Assembly: GCA_950097015.1 (NCBI GenBank)
Contig: CATNEN010000035.1
Span: 1,488,001 to 1,552,000, forward strand
Source of the DNA: Macrostomum hystrix
Taxonomy: Eukaryota > Animalia > Platyhelminthes
Reading direction: 5' to 3'
Length of the DNA: 64,000 nucleotides
The number at the start of each line of letters is the position of its first letter. Within the stretch, counting starts at the first letter, position 1. The position numbers and the translations under genes are program-made. The notes under the pieces are model-generated. The model did not search any database. It was given only the letters and a program-made list of their open reading frames with translations, and was not told the DNA's origin. Shown here piece by piece: positions 1 to 13,100 of the stretch.

Positions 1-366
1 AAAAGTTCGTCTGTCCGTTTTAAATTAATCCCCAGTGATTTTATTCATGCAGCTTTTGAAAAATCTGACATGAGATATTTTGTAAGCTCTAAGTTAATCA
101 TTCTTTCGAAAAATTTTCTTGAAGGGACTCTGTGATCCTTTTGAGTTTTAGTGCATTTTTAATAAACATTTTTACTTCGTAGAAATCGTCAGCAAATTTT
201 TACCAGCTCGGACTTACCTCTACTGATAAAGTTCCGACTATGCTACCAACAGTAGGCACAAATGAAAATTCACTTAAGTCTACAAAAGCTAGCAGAAAGT
301 TGAATCAGAGTCAAAGACAATTAAGATCAGTTTCACAGTCGCTTCCGGATTGGCTGGGCATAAAAC

Positions 367-404
367 TATAAAGACTGCAGGCATCAATTAGCAGCTGTTC
401 AGTT
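367..404 (+). promoter_or_regulatory. Core promoter of toxin-like gene 1: TATA (367-373) plus Inr-like TCAGTT (399-404)
   Basis: TATAAAG lies ~34 nt upstream of TCAGTT and ~100 nt upstream of the ATG. Both motifs are retained in copy 2 (TATA at 9993). Confidence 0.5.
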
Positions 405-474
405 CACTTTTCCCCTTGACTATCAAACTTCGAAACTAACAAGCATTAGATTGGAAATGACTGCTTCGTTGCGG

Positions 475-3400
475 ATGCCGACGAAGCAATTGACGCTGAT
501 ATTTAATGTGCTGCTATTGGCGCTACTGCAAGAAGCCGCAGCAGCTACGGAGTCGCCGATGTCATGGACCACGCGTGCTCCCACGACACCAGCACTTATG
601 CCGATCTCGACACCGGCGTCACCAGTCGACGGCTACTCGACGCAGCCGAGAGTGGCCGCAGCCCAGCTAGACCTGGCAGACCGAATGGCGGCCGAGCTGT
701 CCGACTGGGCCGGCCAGCTGGCCGAGTCTGGAGCTGATGTGGACAGCGTTCGACAGGCCAGGTACACGCGGACTGCAGCGGGCGCCATCGAGATGATCGG
801 AAACTTTCACAAGGTAATGAGCGCTCAAAAATGTTGTCTCTGTGAAATTCTCACTTTTCAACTTTTAGTTGTCAGTTTTTACATTGTTATTTTTCATTTA
901 AAGTAAAGTTTTTCGAGGCGCGCATTTTAAATTTTTGTTCCGATATGGTGCATTGTAGGTAATCCGAATTTCTGGAAAGGGACAGAACTTTAAATGGTGT
1001 CTGAGAATAATTTTCCATCTTCAAGTCCTGTCTAAGTAAATGCAGAAGGAGTTAAACAAAAGCTCACTGAAGACACTAAACTGCGCATTCAGCAATTCAG
1101 CTGTCAGATAACGATAAGCCAATGCGAGTCACGCGATCTACTTGGCATTCTTCGCAAACAGTTCTGCGAGTGTGCGCATGCGGTGCTGGCAAAATGGCTC
1201 CAATTAGGTTCGGATAAACAAAACCAGCCTGACGTTGAAAGCATTCTAGGCAGGCGGTGCAGAGGATGGATGGTCCGATAAGGGGCACAAAGGAGAGATA
1301 AATATTGGGAAAGCCAGCCTTTTGCTGGGTACATATAAAATGTACATTGACTTTGAATCATCAAGTTCGAAGGCATCTGAACCTTGAAAACTGCACGTGA
1401 CAAACTGTAAGCATAAGCAAGGACCTATTTTACCCCACAGAAGCAACAAGGCAAGAAGCCATTCCCAAAAGGCCAAAATCGCACCACATTCGGCCCAAAT
1501 AGGATTTATGTTCGCAACTAACCACATCGCAACAGCAACGACAATGATATATAAAGTTTGATAGATTTTAGGCTAGTAATACTTTAGATTAGCATTATAT
1601 ATCGACAACTCCGACAGCATAATATTACTTACCTAAAAAGCTGCTTTTGTATGCCTCTATGACGTCAAAAAAGAAAACATTTTTCATCGCATTAGCAATG
1701 TGATCATAACATGTCACAATTGAATTTGAAAACAAAAAACACTTCCAATTGTGACAAGATTAGCTTTTGTATCTTTACAATGAACGCTAAAGTGTAAATG
1801 CAACAGGGAAAATCATTTGAAGTTATTAAAAAGTCAGCTTTCCAAACTGAATGCAATTAAAAGCAAACGCAAAAACTTATTCACACAGAAACTGGGCATC
1901 GCTGCGAAATTGACTGCCTTTGTGGCCTCCATGCTGCTGCCCAGTGAGACCGAGGTGCTCACCGGCATCGTACTCCGTCGCTTCAGCGAGGTCAACCAGC
2001 GACTGACCAACATCGAGCAGCAGCTGCGACGAGCCACAAGCTCCATTCGAGTGTTGCAGGAGACGCAACAGACCCTCGCACCGTATCGCGATTGCCACAA
2101 TGCTGTGCGCAACGGAGCACAGAAGCGCTCCGACATTCTGTCCAGGATGCAGACGGCTACCACGAAGCGGCAGCTCGCTCGATTGGCCGAGGAGTTCTGC
2201 GTCTGGTACGAGACGTCCGAGATGGATGCTCGACTCTCGAATCTGCTCCGAGCGGCTACTCGAGAGACCACATCCGATATCGGAGCGAACCTGTTCCAGT
2301 CGTACGCTGAGCTTCACGGATGCAGCACGAGCCGACTCATCGAGCTCATGCTCGGACTTGTGCATGACATGGAGCTGGGAGCTGAGCTTCAACTCACCTA
2401 CCATTTCTTCAGAAATGGAGCGGAACGAGCGTCTGAGCATCGGCTCAAAGCAAAGACTGATCTCTATCGATTGCGATCAGCATTTGATCGACATTACTGG
2501 TACTGTCTTGAGAACACAAAAACAATGGCATCTCAAGCTGTTCGGAACCTGATGGAGGAGGCCACGAGGCGTGACATATTTGGCACTGCTAGCCACATTC
2601 TCGCAGGCCTAGAGAGTAGATTCCATCGATTTCGTTGGACAGTGGCCGTCGGTGCATCTGAGCTTCTGCCAAGCAGCTCATTTGATGCTGGAAACTTCTT
2701 CACATTGCCGACGACTCCAGCAGTGTTGGTGTCGTTCGCGGACAGCGGCCAGACTCTCCGGTGCTCAGACGCGAACTTGACGAGCACTCGTCTGATCTTC
2801 CGATGTCCGTCAGACTCTTGTGCGCTGGTAGCATCGAGAGGAACCATAGGAAGTCGGTCATGTCGAGGAGTGTCCGCAATCGGTGCTGATCGAGACTCTG
2901 AGTGGCTCGTCTCGATTCTGAGACACCGCGATGATCCCTGCTCATCTCCTGATGCGTGCAGCAGTCATGGTGTGTGTCGCCACAGTGCCGGCCTGACCGG
3001 TCCATTTTGTCAGTGCGAGCCAGAGTACCAAGGAGATCGATGCGCCATCAAGGAAGATACATCCGCAGTGTCGGCTAAGCTCATCGCCGACATGAGGGAC
3101 TCGGTCGGTCAGTTCGCTGGTGTCCAGACCACTGTGGATGTGTACTACCAACTGTTGGACGTGCAGTCGAATCTGGCCAGAGAGCTGCGAGGTTTGAGTG
3201 CCTGTACTGAGCTCAACAGACTCGTGAACTCAGAAACCATCAGCGAAGCATTGTACATGGCCGATATGAATGGCCAGTATCTCAAGAGTCGAAGAACGCA
3301 AAATCAGTTCGGCGAGCTCATGCAGCAACACATCGGTGCTCGAAACCTGGACTACTTTTTGAGAACCCTACTCCACCAACTTCTCGGAACAAATCAGCTC

Positions 3401-4717
3401 GGTCTTCCTGGTCGAGGAATAGTCAAACTGTTCAAGAGGTGCTGGGCCACGACTTTGGATTTTCCGCTATGTGGTCAGCGATACTCGCAATCTGTACAGC
3501 GTCTCATGACTGCTTTGGTTCTGATGGACGAGGCTGTAGGCGAAGCACTGATCAGCTACTTTAGTTGGAAGAAGAATGGAGTTAATACTGCTGACGAACT
3601 GGTGCTTTCATATTTGACTAGCGAGTATAAGAATCGCACAAGTCTATTGAGAGACCACTGGACAGCTCAGTCATGCCCTGCTTTAGTCTCCACGGATAAG
3701 CCACTCGGTCCGGGCATAGGTGACTGGAATCAGCGATTCTGCAATGACAGCCACAGTTTTGAGGGCCTCACAGTGAACGTCACTTGCTCCGCTGGTCTGT
3801 GGCGTCCTCGATCACCTCAGATCACGTGTCGTCGCGACCCCGACGGTCGTCTGAGCTGGTCGTCTGAGCCTCGATGCGATCGAGCCTGGTCAGCATGGTC
3901 AGAATGGTCCCGCTGTTCTGTGAGTTGCGGCAGCGGTCTGCAAACAAGGCACCGGTGTCTTGGAAACGATTGCATCAGGCGCGAGTTTGAAAGTCAGTCT
4001 TGCATCATAATCGATTGCTGTGTTGCTAGGTATGGCGATGGGAACTTCTTTAGGTGTCATCACTCACGTGGAAAACAATGTATTCAAAAGGACCGCGTTT
4101 GTGACGGCTTGCCAGACTGTTTAGATGCAACCGATGAGTCCGACTGCAAGTTTGTGCACGCCGGAGAGAGAGTCACACTACGCATCCAGTGGGGGAAAGC
4201 ATACGCGATCAATTGCTACTGTACTTCTCGTTGCCCCTTCCAGCCGAAATACTGCAAGCTGAAGTACTGCGCGAACTGGCAAACGGCGTGCGAGAGTCAG
4301 CACGCCCATTTCTATATCTACTCTCCGGATCGCAACTGGAGAGAGGTGATTCATAGCGGCGATACCATTGGTCTCATGTACGACTGGCATCCACACAACT
4401 GGCTGAGCTGCGGCGGTGGCGACAGTTGCAAGACGAACAGCTGCCCTGGTGGCGATGTCAGTCGCTTGAATCGCGGCTGTAGGGGAGAGAAGTTCGACAT
4501 CTACTCAGTCCAGAACGACGGGCGCTGCCGAGGCCAGTCGAATTGCAATGGACGGCCCATCAGGCGCGGAGAGTTGGTTGCTCTACGACACGCGTCCGGA
4601 TGGCTGAGCGCTCTGGCCATTGATACCGAAGTTCGACTGCGCAGCTGTCTTGGTCGACGTTCATTGGCCTGGGCCCAGGGTTGTCCGTATGAGGTGTGGA
4701 GGATCGATGTCCTGTGA
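475..4717 (+). CDS. SE-cephalotoxin-like secreted protein, copy 1; exons 475-813 and 1889-4717, ~1055 aa
   Basis: Signal peptide MPTKQLTLIFNVLLLALLQEAAA. Donor AAG|gtaatg at 813/814 and acceptor cacag|AAA at 1888/1889 join in phase 0. Motifs in order: EGF (CSSPDACSSHGVC..CQCEPEYQGDRC), Sushi-like (SFEGLTVNVTC..WSSEPRC), TSP1 (WSAWSEWSRCSVSCGSG), LDLa (CIQKDRVCDGLPDCLDATDESDC), then a Cys-rich tail with IHSGDTIGL/IRRGELVALR repeats. This order and size match SE-cephalotoxin of Sepia esculenta as I recall it. Confidence 0.88.
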
Positions 4718-6147
4718 GGATTGCCTAGAAGCAGGAACTATTTACATTTTGGCAACAATACAAACGAAAGTCTTAGTTTTATAATTTGCTGCAAGTTTAT
4801 TTCAAAGCACTAATTTAATTGCTCAAAGCCGTGCATGAAGGCAGTTTGTACTATTTTGTGATCTGTGAATTGCTGAAAATTCCAGAACCTTTCTGCACAA
4901 TAAACTTTTCCTCAGTGCAGAAAAGTTTCTCTAGATTTATTAAATATTTATCAAGTAGGGCTAGGAGAAACCACAAAAGCTAAGGGAAGTGCAATAGCCG
5001 TACTTACGAGGTTTAATACGGTTTCATTGTGGGGTCACAGATACTTTACATATGACAATCAATTGCATCCTCAATTCCTTCATCCATGAACTAATTTACA
5101 TCACGTGAAGTGTCTGCAGCTATAGTGAAAATATCGAGTACGATTATGCAACAATAAAATTTATGGGCTAAGCTATAAAAAATTGTGTTTTTTCAAATAC
5201 TTTTAATATACTTCAGTACCTTTACATTTTCAAGAGCAATAAGCTGAGGTTTTTCATCACAAATGCTTCTACCAGATAATTACAGCAATATATAGTTACA
5301 CCAGTTTTGGAAATCCTGCTTTAAACTCAACCTAATTTTTTCAATAATGTTGTTGAATGAAGTTCAGATTTGGCTTCTGTGTAGTCTTTATTACTAGAGC
5401 AGCATTCGTTTGAATATTGCACATTCTTTTTGTTTGCTGTCAATTACTGAATAGTAGTAATAGTAGTATGAGCACAGCTTGAAGGCTACCACTATTATAC
5501 TGTATTCAATCATGCAGCATCCGGTACTAGTCATCATTTTAGAGCCGATAAAATTCCGTCAACACTACCAAATCGATGGCAGATGCGGCATTCAGCGATG
5601 TTAAGTCATGTCAGCATGTCAACAGACGTGGTGCAGAACAAAGTCAATCAAAATGCACAGAGAGAACATTGAGTTTGAGTTCTTAAGACACTGGACATAA
5701 AGGATATAGAAATAAGTTAAATTCAGCCACTTTTATTACAAGTTTAGGAGAGATTTCTCCTGAGAATTGTACCTAACAATAATCTCCAACCAAGAGCACT
5801 GACGCACCCTGTCTGGGGAACCACAAACTGGCTGGCCGACGAGGCATTGCGAACTGCAAGACCAAAAATTGCCTTTCATCATTTAATACTTCGAATTAAT
5901 TCAAGCCGCAAATAGCTTTCAGTATCAATTCGTCCCTACATTAGATAATGGATACGTTCACATCTAATGTTTATCAGTGTTAACATCGTTAGACTAGATC
6001 TCTTTGCTCTCTTAAAAAGCAAAAGTGTTCACATTGAAATAAAAATTGCTTAACTTTTTCTTCATTGAAATGTTTCAAAACAGTTTGCGGTAAAGACTGT
6101 GGTTTATTCTGTTAACTAAAACTGTAAAATTGATTAATATTGATCGA

Positions 6148-6667
6148 ACAGCCGACAGAACACTCCAGCTATTGCGTGGCGCATCTGAAGGCTGCGTACA
6201 GCTGTTCATTAAATTGAATGGAGGATGCCCCACACTCGTACCCCAGGTGATGCTGCTTTGAAAGCTAAGTTTGCTACAAAAACCAATGCCTTCTTCAAAA
6301 CAAACAAAGACGAGTATAAATTTACTTTACAAATGCATCATTGAAGTCGTCTCCTCTTGCGCACATCGTTCGGCCGACGAAATATTGCACATAAATTGGT
6401 TGGCAGCACCGAGGAACTTGCTCTGAACCTCAGCGTTCTGGCGAATTTCTTCTGCCAAAATCTGCCAGCAGTGTCTGGCCAACTCAAACATTACTTTCGT
6501 CGGCCTTTAAAGGCCACCGCGTTTGATGTTAACTGGAGACGTCCTTGGCTGAAGCAATGCAGAGTTAAGTGTCTGGCTAAACACCAGGAGTTATTCCAGT
6601 GGAGTCAGGAAACGAGCCCCCGACCTTCAAATAGTGAGTCCGACACTAACAACCAGACTATAGCCCC
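6148..6667 (-). mobile_element. tRNA-derived CORE-like SINE, split by a ~290-bp insert (about 6257-6546)
   Basis: 6547-6667 matches the head and core of the copy at 35781 in reverse complement; 6148-6256 matches its 3' part. Confidence 0.65.
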
Positions 6668-6738
6668 TTCATTAATTATTAATTATTAATAAATTAGTGC
6701 ATTCAACCATTAAGTTTCATTAGTAAATTTTTATACAA

Positions 6739-6996
6739 GAGGTTGTAGCCCTTGTGGTTAGAGCGTCTGACTCAATACTTGAATGTCGCGGGGGTCGATT
6801 CTTGACTCCACTGGAACAGTTTGTGTGTTTTAGCAAGACACTTAACTCAGCATTGCTTGAGTTCACTCAGCTGTTAAATCGGTACCAGCATTAGCTGGGG
6901 TAATTGAGGGTCGGTTGAGTTGGGTGTGGGATGTCCCCTCCAGTCCATGGACTGAACAGCCGTACGCAGTCTTTAGATGCGCCGCGCAATAGCTGC
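6739..6996 (+). mobile_element. tRNA-derived CORE-like SINE
   Basis: A-box-like TAGCCCTTGTGG and degenerate B-box, then TTAGCAAGACACTTAACTC..CAGCTGTTAAATCGGTACC (CORE-like), then a 3' part shared with other copies in the window. Confidence 0.8.
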
Positions 6997-8025
6997 TGTA
7001 GAGAGTAGTAACATATTCCATTTGCTTAACGCGCTACTTAAAGTAATGTCACAAGGAGACCTAAGCTATAACTTTTAATCTATTTTTAGGAATGAATCAT
7101 ACTCTGTTTTTAGAAACAAAGTCATGTGAAATGAAACCGGAGAACCGGTTCTCGACAGCTGTATTTGTTTGAATTCCAAATATGGTAATGTTCACCTGAA
7201 AAACCCCCAAATCGCAGCTGAACAAACAAGTTTGACGTCACTGTGCAAATATGTATGCCCAATGTAAACACCCGGTCCTAAACCGGTTTTCTCCCAAAAT
7301 TTTACTATAAATACAAGCGAAAATCCGAGCTGAAAATTCAGACCCGGAGCGGTCTACCGGACTTCAAAACATCCTTTACGATGAAGAGGACTCATCTCTG
7401 AGGGAAAGTTGTAAGCGCTTTAGTAGACAGAGTTATTTATTGCTAGCAATAGTTGTTGAACTGAACTAGGTTTACGAGAGCCACATATCGTCGATACATT
7501 TGAGAAAGGCCTTCTTGTTTCCTAGGATACATTCCTAGAGGATTATTGATTGATTGATTTGAGTTATCCGTTATCTTTCAGAGGTAACGAAGAAGACGCC
7601 CATCAGGAGGACCTATTAGAGAGGCACAAGAGAGATTTCAATTGTTCACTAGGGCGCACGCTTCTATTGTGAATTCCGAGCTTGAGGAAACCGACAAGAA
7701 ATCAGATTCGCTCTCGTCCCTTATTGGCCAACAGACAAATTCAAGCGCAACAGACACGATCGACTAGCAGCTGTCAAGAAGACAAAGAAGACAAGAAGAC
7801 TACAAAGACTCAAGAAGCAGCAGAACCGATACTTCACGGTCCGATCAGCACAAGGAGAAGAAGAACCGCCGGCTTTCGAAGACCAAAGACTACGAACTAC
7901 CTACTACCAAGGAAGACGAAGCAACTGCAGTAAGTGTCACGTGACTCTTATAAATTCCTAGGCAATTTTCCCCATTGTCTTGAAGTGGGAGTTTTGTGTG
8001 TCTGATCAGAAAACAAAGCTCTTCA

Positions 8026-8110
8026 CTGCGGCTGTGCTGTCGGCTGCACATCTGGCCCAATCGGGGCAGGTGTAATCAAATAGTATTGTTATTATTAAAT
8101 TTATAATTAT
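8026..8110 (+). mobile_element. Isolated 3' tail of the same SINE family
   Basis: CTGCGGCTGTGCTGTCGGCTGCACATCTGGCCCAATCGGGGCAGGTGTAATCAA plus a TTA-rich tail is nearly identical to ~36030-36108. Confidence 0.7.
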
Positions 8111-8129
8111 ATTTGCAGAGCCATTATAT

Positions 8130-9190
8130 TTGCACATCTGTGCAAATAGTGCCGACACCTCCTGGCATCGTGGTCAGCCTATCAGGCCACGGATGACCTC
8201 GGTTGGCTCCGAAGTCCGTGCCTCGGCTGCGGCAGACAAGATCGGCACATCAGGGACGAGCAGAGGACAGCGCAGCGCACAACGTCGCACTGAGCGACGG
8301 CGTGAGCGCAACCGGCGTGGGCGACTTCAAGACGCCAGTCGTCCTCGGTCTCTGCCGCTTGAAGTACCCTATTCGCGGGCGCGTTCGCTGAGTATTCGCG
8401 TAGTATGCTGACATTAGCACTACCGTGAGAGCTACAGCTGAGAAGACGGTCCCGCTGATGCGACCGGCGGAGCGATCGCAGCCAGTCTGGCAGAGCGATC
8501 CGATGATCAGGCAGGCGCGGTTGTAGATCGAGCGACTCCGAAAATCCCGACGGCCCACTGATGACGCCAAGGACCAGTGGGCAGTGCAGCTGGCACTGAC
8601 GTGAGGAGCCGCGCAGTGTGGACGGCCGTTTGGACCCTGACGGGGCGCAAGAGGCGTGTGGCGCTAAATCTGACCGGCGACACTCCGTAGGAGCGCAGGA
8701 ATGAACTGCGCGACTTCTTCGCCGGCATTGTGAACGCGCCCTCGCCCCCGCTGCCAGCCAGTTTCGCACTGCCGACAGACACGGCCCTGCCAGCTGAGGA
8801 GGATTTTCGCACCAGCCCAGTCACCGTGGAGGACGTTGTGCGGTTCGCTCGGAGAATATCAGGCGGTAAGGCGCTTGGCCCCGACAAGGTTCCAATCGAT
8901 GCGCTGCTGCTCCGCCGTGTGGCTTCCCAAGTCACAGGCGCGATAAACCACGTGCTCGCTGGCGCCCCGGCGCCCCTGTTCGATGATGTAGCGCACTTCG
9001 TACCGATCCCGAAGAGGGCCGGGACAACGCGGAAAAAATATCAGCGCGGGATCTCGCTTATGTCCTGCATGCACCGCGAAGTTTTTCAACTGACTGCTTC
9101 CCGATCGCCTGCAGTCGGTGCTGGACTCGAACCTCCATTTCGAGCAATTACGGGTTCCGGTACAGTGACCCAGATCCTCGCACTCTGCGA
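8130..9190 (+). mobile_element. Degenerate RTE-clade LINE fragment (linker plus RT N-terminus), 3'-truncated
   Basis: KALGPDKVPIDAL, FVPIPKRAG..YQRGISLMS and TVTQILAL correspond to non-LTR RT pre-motifs. Stops and frameshifts upstream. Confidence 0.8.
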
Positions 9191-9513
9191 TCCTTTCAAG
9201 TTTTAGTGCATTGTTAATACTCATTTTTTACTTCGTAGAAATCATGAGCAAGTTTTTAACAGCTCGGACTTACCACTACTGGTAAAGTTCCGACTATGCT
9301 ACCAACAGTAGGAACAATGAAAATTCACTTAAATCTACAAAAAAACTAGCAGAAGGAGTCTAAGACAATTATGATCGGTTTCACAGTCGCTTCCGGATTT
9401 GCTTGGGATAAAACTATGAAGACTGTAGGCATCAAATAGCAGCTGTTAATTTCGCTTTTCCCCTTGACTATCAAACTTCGAAACTAACTAACATTTGCTT
9501 GGAAGCGAAGCAA
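9182..9513 (+). pseudogene. Relic third copy of the toxin-gene promoter/5' end; start-codon segment deleted
   Basis: Aligns with 127-488 at roughly 85% by eye. TATAAAG has become TATGAAG. ttggaa[atgactgcttcgttgcggatgccga]cgaagcaa is collapsed to ttggaagcgaagcaa. Confidence 0.75.
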
Positions 9514-10101
9514 AGTCCTCGAACATCTGCAGCCAAATGTTCACATCAATATCTGCAGAACCGGAAAACTTTGGGGGTAAAAGTGCGTTTTTTGGATGCC
9601 ATGGTAAGCTGATATTGTCAAGCTGAGTTACCGCTGCCACACATGTAAGATTAGCCTTTAGGTAGGCACGAAGCCCATGAGAGACAGCCTAAGCTGACTG
9701 CAGGTTAATATTTGAAAGCTTTGGGGTTGCGCCGACACGCACCCCAGCACGTTGCACGATGCACATTCGAGAATGTACATAGTGTACACAGTCGATACCT
9801 TACAATAGAAATCGTCAGCAAGTTTTTACCAGCGCGGACTTACCTCTACTGATAAAGTTCCGACTATGCTACCAACAGTAGGCACAAATGAAAATTCACT
9901 TAAGTCTACAAAAGCTAGCAGAAAGTTGAATCAGAGTCAAAGACAATTAAGATCGGTTTCACAGTCGCTTCCGGATTGGCTGGACATAAAACTATAAAGA
10001 CTGCAGGCATCAATTAGCAGCTGTTCAGTTCACTTTTCCCCTTGACTATCAAACTTCGAAACTAACAAGCATTAGATTGGAAATGACTTGCTTCGTTGCG
10101 G

Positions 10102-13100
10102 ATGCCGACGAAGCAATTGACGCTGATATTTAATGTGCTGCTATTGGCGCTACTGCAAGAAGCCGCAGCAGCTACGGAGTCGCCGATGTCATGGACCACG
10201 CGTGCTCCCACGACACCAGCACTTATGCCGATCTCGACACCGGCGTCACCAGTCGACGGCTACTCGGCGCAGCCGAGAGTGGCCGCAGCCCAGCTAGACC
10301 TGGCAGACCGAATGGCGGCCGAGCTGTCCGACTGGGCCGGCCAGCTGGCCGAGTCTGGAGCTGATGTGGACAGCGTTCGACAGGCCAGGTACACGCGGAC
10401 TGCAGCGGGCGCCATCGAGATGATCGGAAACTTTCACAAGGTAATGCGCGCTCAAAAATGTTGTCTCTGTGAAATTCTCACTTTTCAACTTTTAGTTGTC
10501 AGTGTTTTACATTGTTATTTTTTATTTAAAATAAAGTTTTTCGAAGGCGCGCATTTTTAATTTTTGTTCCGATATGGTGCATTGTAGTCGATCCGAATTT
10601 CTGGAAAGGGACAGAACTTTAAATGGTGTCTGAGAATAATTTTCCATCTTCAAGTCCTGTCTAAGTAAATGCAGAAGGAGTTAAACAAAAGCTCACTGAA
10701 GACACTAAACTGCGCATTCAGCAATTCAGCTGTCAGATAACGATAAGCCAATGCGAGTCACGCGATCTACTTGGCATTCTTCGCAAACAGTTCTGCGAGT
10801 GTGCGCATGCGGTGCTAGCAAAATAGCTCCAATTAGGTTCGGATAAACAAAACCAGCCTGACGTTGAAAGCATTCTAGGCAGGCGGTGCAGAGGATGGAT
10901 GGTCCGATAAGGGGCACAAAGGAGAGATAAATATTGGGAAAGCCAGCCTTTTGCTGCGTACATATAAAATGTACATTGACTTTGAATCATCAAGTTCGAA
11001 GGCATCTGAACCTTGAAAACTGCACGTGACAAACTGTAAGCATAAGCAAGGACCTATTTTACCCCACAGAAGCAACAAGGCAAGAAGCCATTCCCAAAAG
11101 GCCAAAATCGCACCACATTCGGCCCAAATAGGATTTATGTTCGCAACTAACCACATCGCAACAACAACGACAATGATACTGTATATAAAGTTTGATAGAT
11201 TTTAGGCTAGTAATACTTTAGATTAGCATTATATATCGACAATTCCGACAGCATAATATTACTTACCTAAAAAGCTGCTTTTGTATGCCTCTATGACGTC
11301 AAAAAAGAAAACATTTTTCATCGCATTAGCAATGTGATCATAACATGTCACAATTGAATCTGAAAACAAAAAACACTTCCAATTGTGACAAGATTAGCTT
11401 TTGTATCTTTACAATGAACGCTAAAGTGTAAATGCAACAGGGAAAATCATTTGAAGTTATTAAACAGTCAGCTTTCCAAACTGAATGCAATTAAAAGCAA
11501 ACGCAAAAACTTATTCACACAGAAACTGGGCATCGCTGCGAAATTGACTGCCTTTGTGGCCTCCATGCTGCTGCCCAGTGAGACCGAGGTGCTCACCGGC
11601 ATCGTACTCCGTCGCTTCAGCGAGGTCAACCAGCGACTGACCAACATCGAGCAGCAGCTGCGACGAGCCACAAGCTCCATTCGAGTGTTGCAGGAGACGC
11701 AACAGACCCTCGCACCGTATCGCGATTGCCACAATGCTGTGCGCAACGGAGCACAGAAGCGCTCCGACATTCTGTCCAGGATGCAGACGGCTACCACGAA
11801 GCGGCAGCTCGCTCGATTGGCCGAGGAGTTCTGCGTCTGGTACGAGACGTCCGAGATGGATGCTCGACTCTCGAATCTGCTCCGAGCGGCTACTCGAGAG
11901 ACCACATCCGATATCGGAGCGAACCTGTTCCAGTCGTACGCTGAGCTTCACGGATGCAGCACGAGCCGACTCATCGAGCTCATGCTCGGACTTGTGCATG
12001 ACATGGAGCTGGGAGCTGAGCTTCAACTCACCTACCATTTCTTCAGAAATGGAGCGGAACGAGCGTCTGAGCATCGGCTCAAAGCAAAGACTGATCTCTA
12101 TCGATTGCGATCAGCATTTGATCGACATTACTGGTACTGTCTTGAGAACACAAAAACAATGGCATCTCAAGCTGTTCGGAACCTGATGGAGGAGGCCACG
12201 AGGCTTGACATATTTGGCACTGCTAGCCACATTCTCGCAGGCCTAGAGAGTAGATTCCATCGATTTCGTTGGACAGTGGCCGTCGGTGCATCTGAGCTTC
12301 TGCCAAGCAGCTCATTTGATGCTGGAAACTTCTTCACATTGCCGACGACTCCAGCAGTGTTGGTGTCGTTCGCGGACAGCGGCCAGACTCTCCGGTGCTC
12401 AGACGCGAACTTGACGAGCACTCGTCTGATCTTCCGATGTCCGTCAGACTCTTGTGCGCTGGTAGCATCGAGAGGAACCATAGGAAGTCGGTCATGTCGA
12501 GGAGTGTCCGCAATCGGTGCTGATCGAGACTCTGAGTGGCTCGTCTCGATTCTGAGACACCGCGATGATCCCTGCTCATCTCCTGATGCGTGCAGCAGTC
12601 ATGGTGTGTGTCGCCACAGTGCCGGCCTGACCGGTCCATTTTGTCAGTGCGAGCCAGAGTACCAAGGAGATCGATGCGCCATCAAGGAAGATAATTCCGC
12701 AGTGTCGGCTAAGCTCATCGCCGACATGAGGGACTCGGTCGGTCAGTTCGCTGGTGTCCAGACCACTGTGGATGTGTACTACCAACTGTTGGACGTGCAG
12801 TCGAATCTGGCCAGAGAGCTGCGAGGTTTGAGTGCCTGTACTGAGCTCAACAGACTCGTGAACTCAGAAACCATCAGCGAAGCATTGTACATGGCCGATA
12901 TGAATGGCCAGTATCTCAAGAGTCGAAGAACGCAAAATCAGTTCGGCGAGCTCATGCAGCAACACATCGGTGCTCGAAACCTGGACTACTTTTTGAGAAC
13001 CCTACTCCACCAACTTCTCGGAACAAATCAGCTCGGTCTTCCTGGTCGAGGAATAGTCAAACTGTTCAAGAGGTGCTGGGCCACGACTTTGGATTTTCCG

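Noticed and set aside
451-906. ORF-track 151-aa protein (and 10096-10560) as a stand-alone gene
   Set aside because: It is exon 1 of the toxin-like gene reading on past the AAG|gtaatg donor.
1817-1888. TTG start of the 966-aa ORF
   Set aside because: Intronic sequence upstream of the cacag acceptor; the real N-terminus comes from exon 1.
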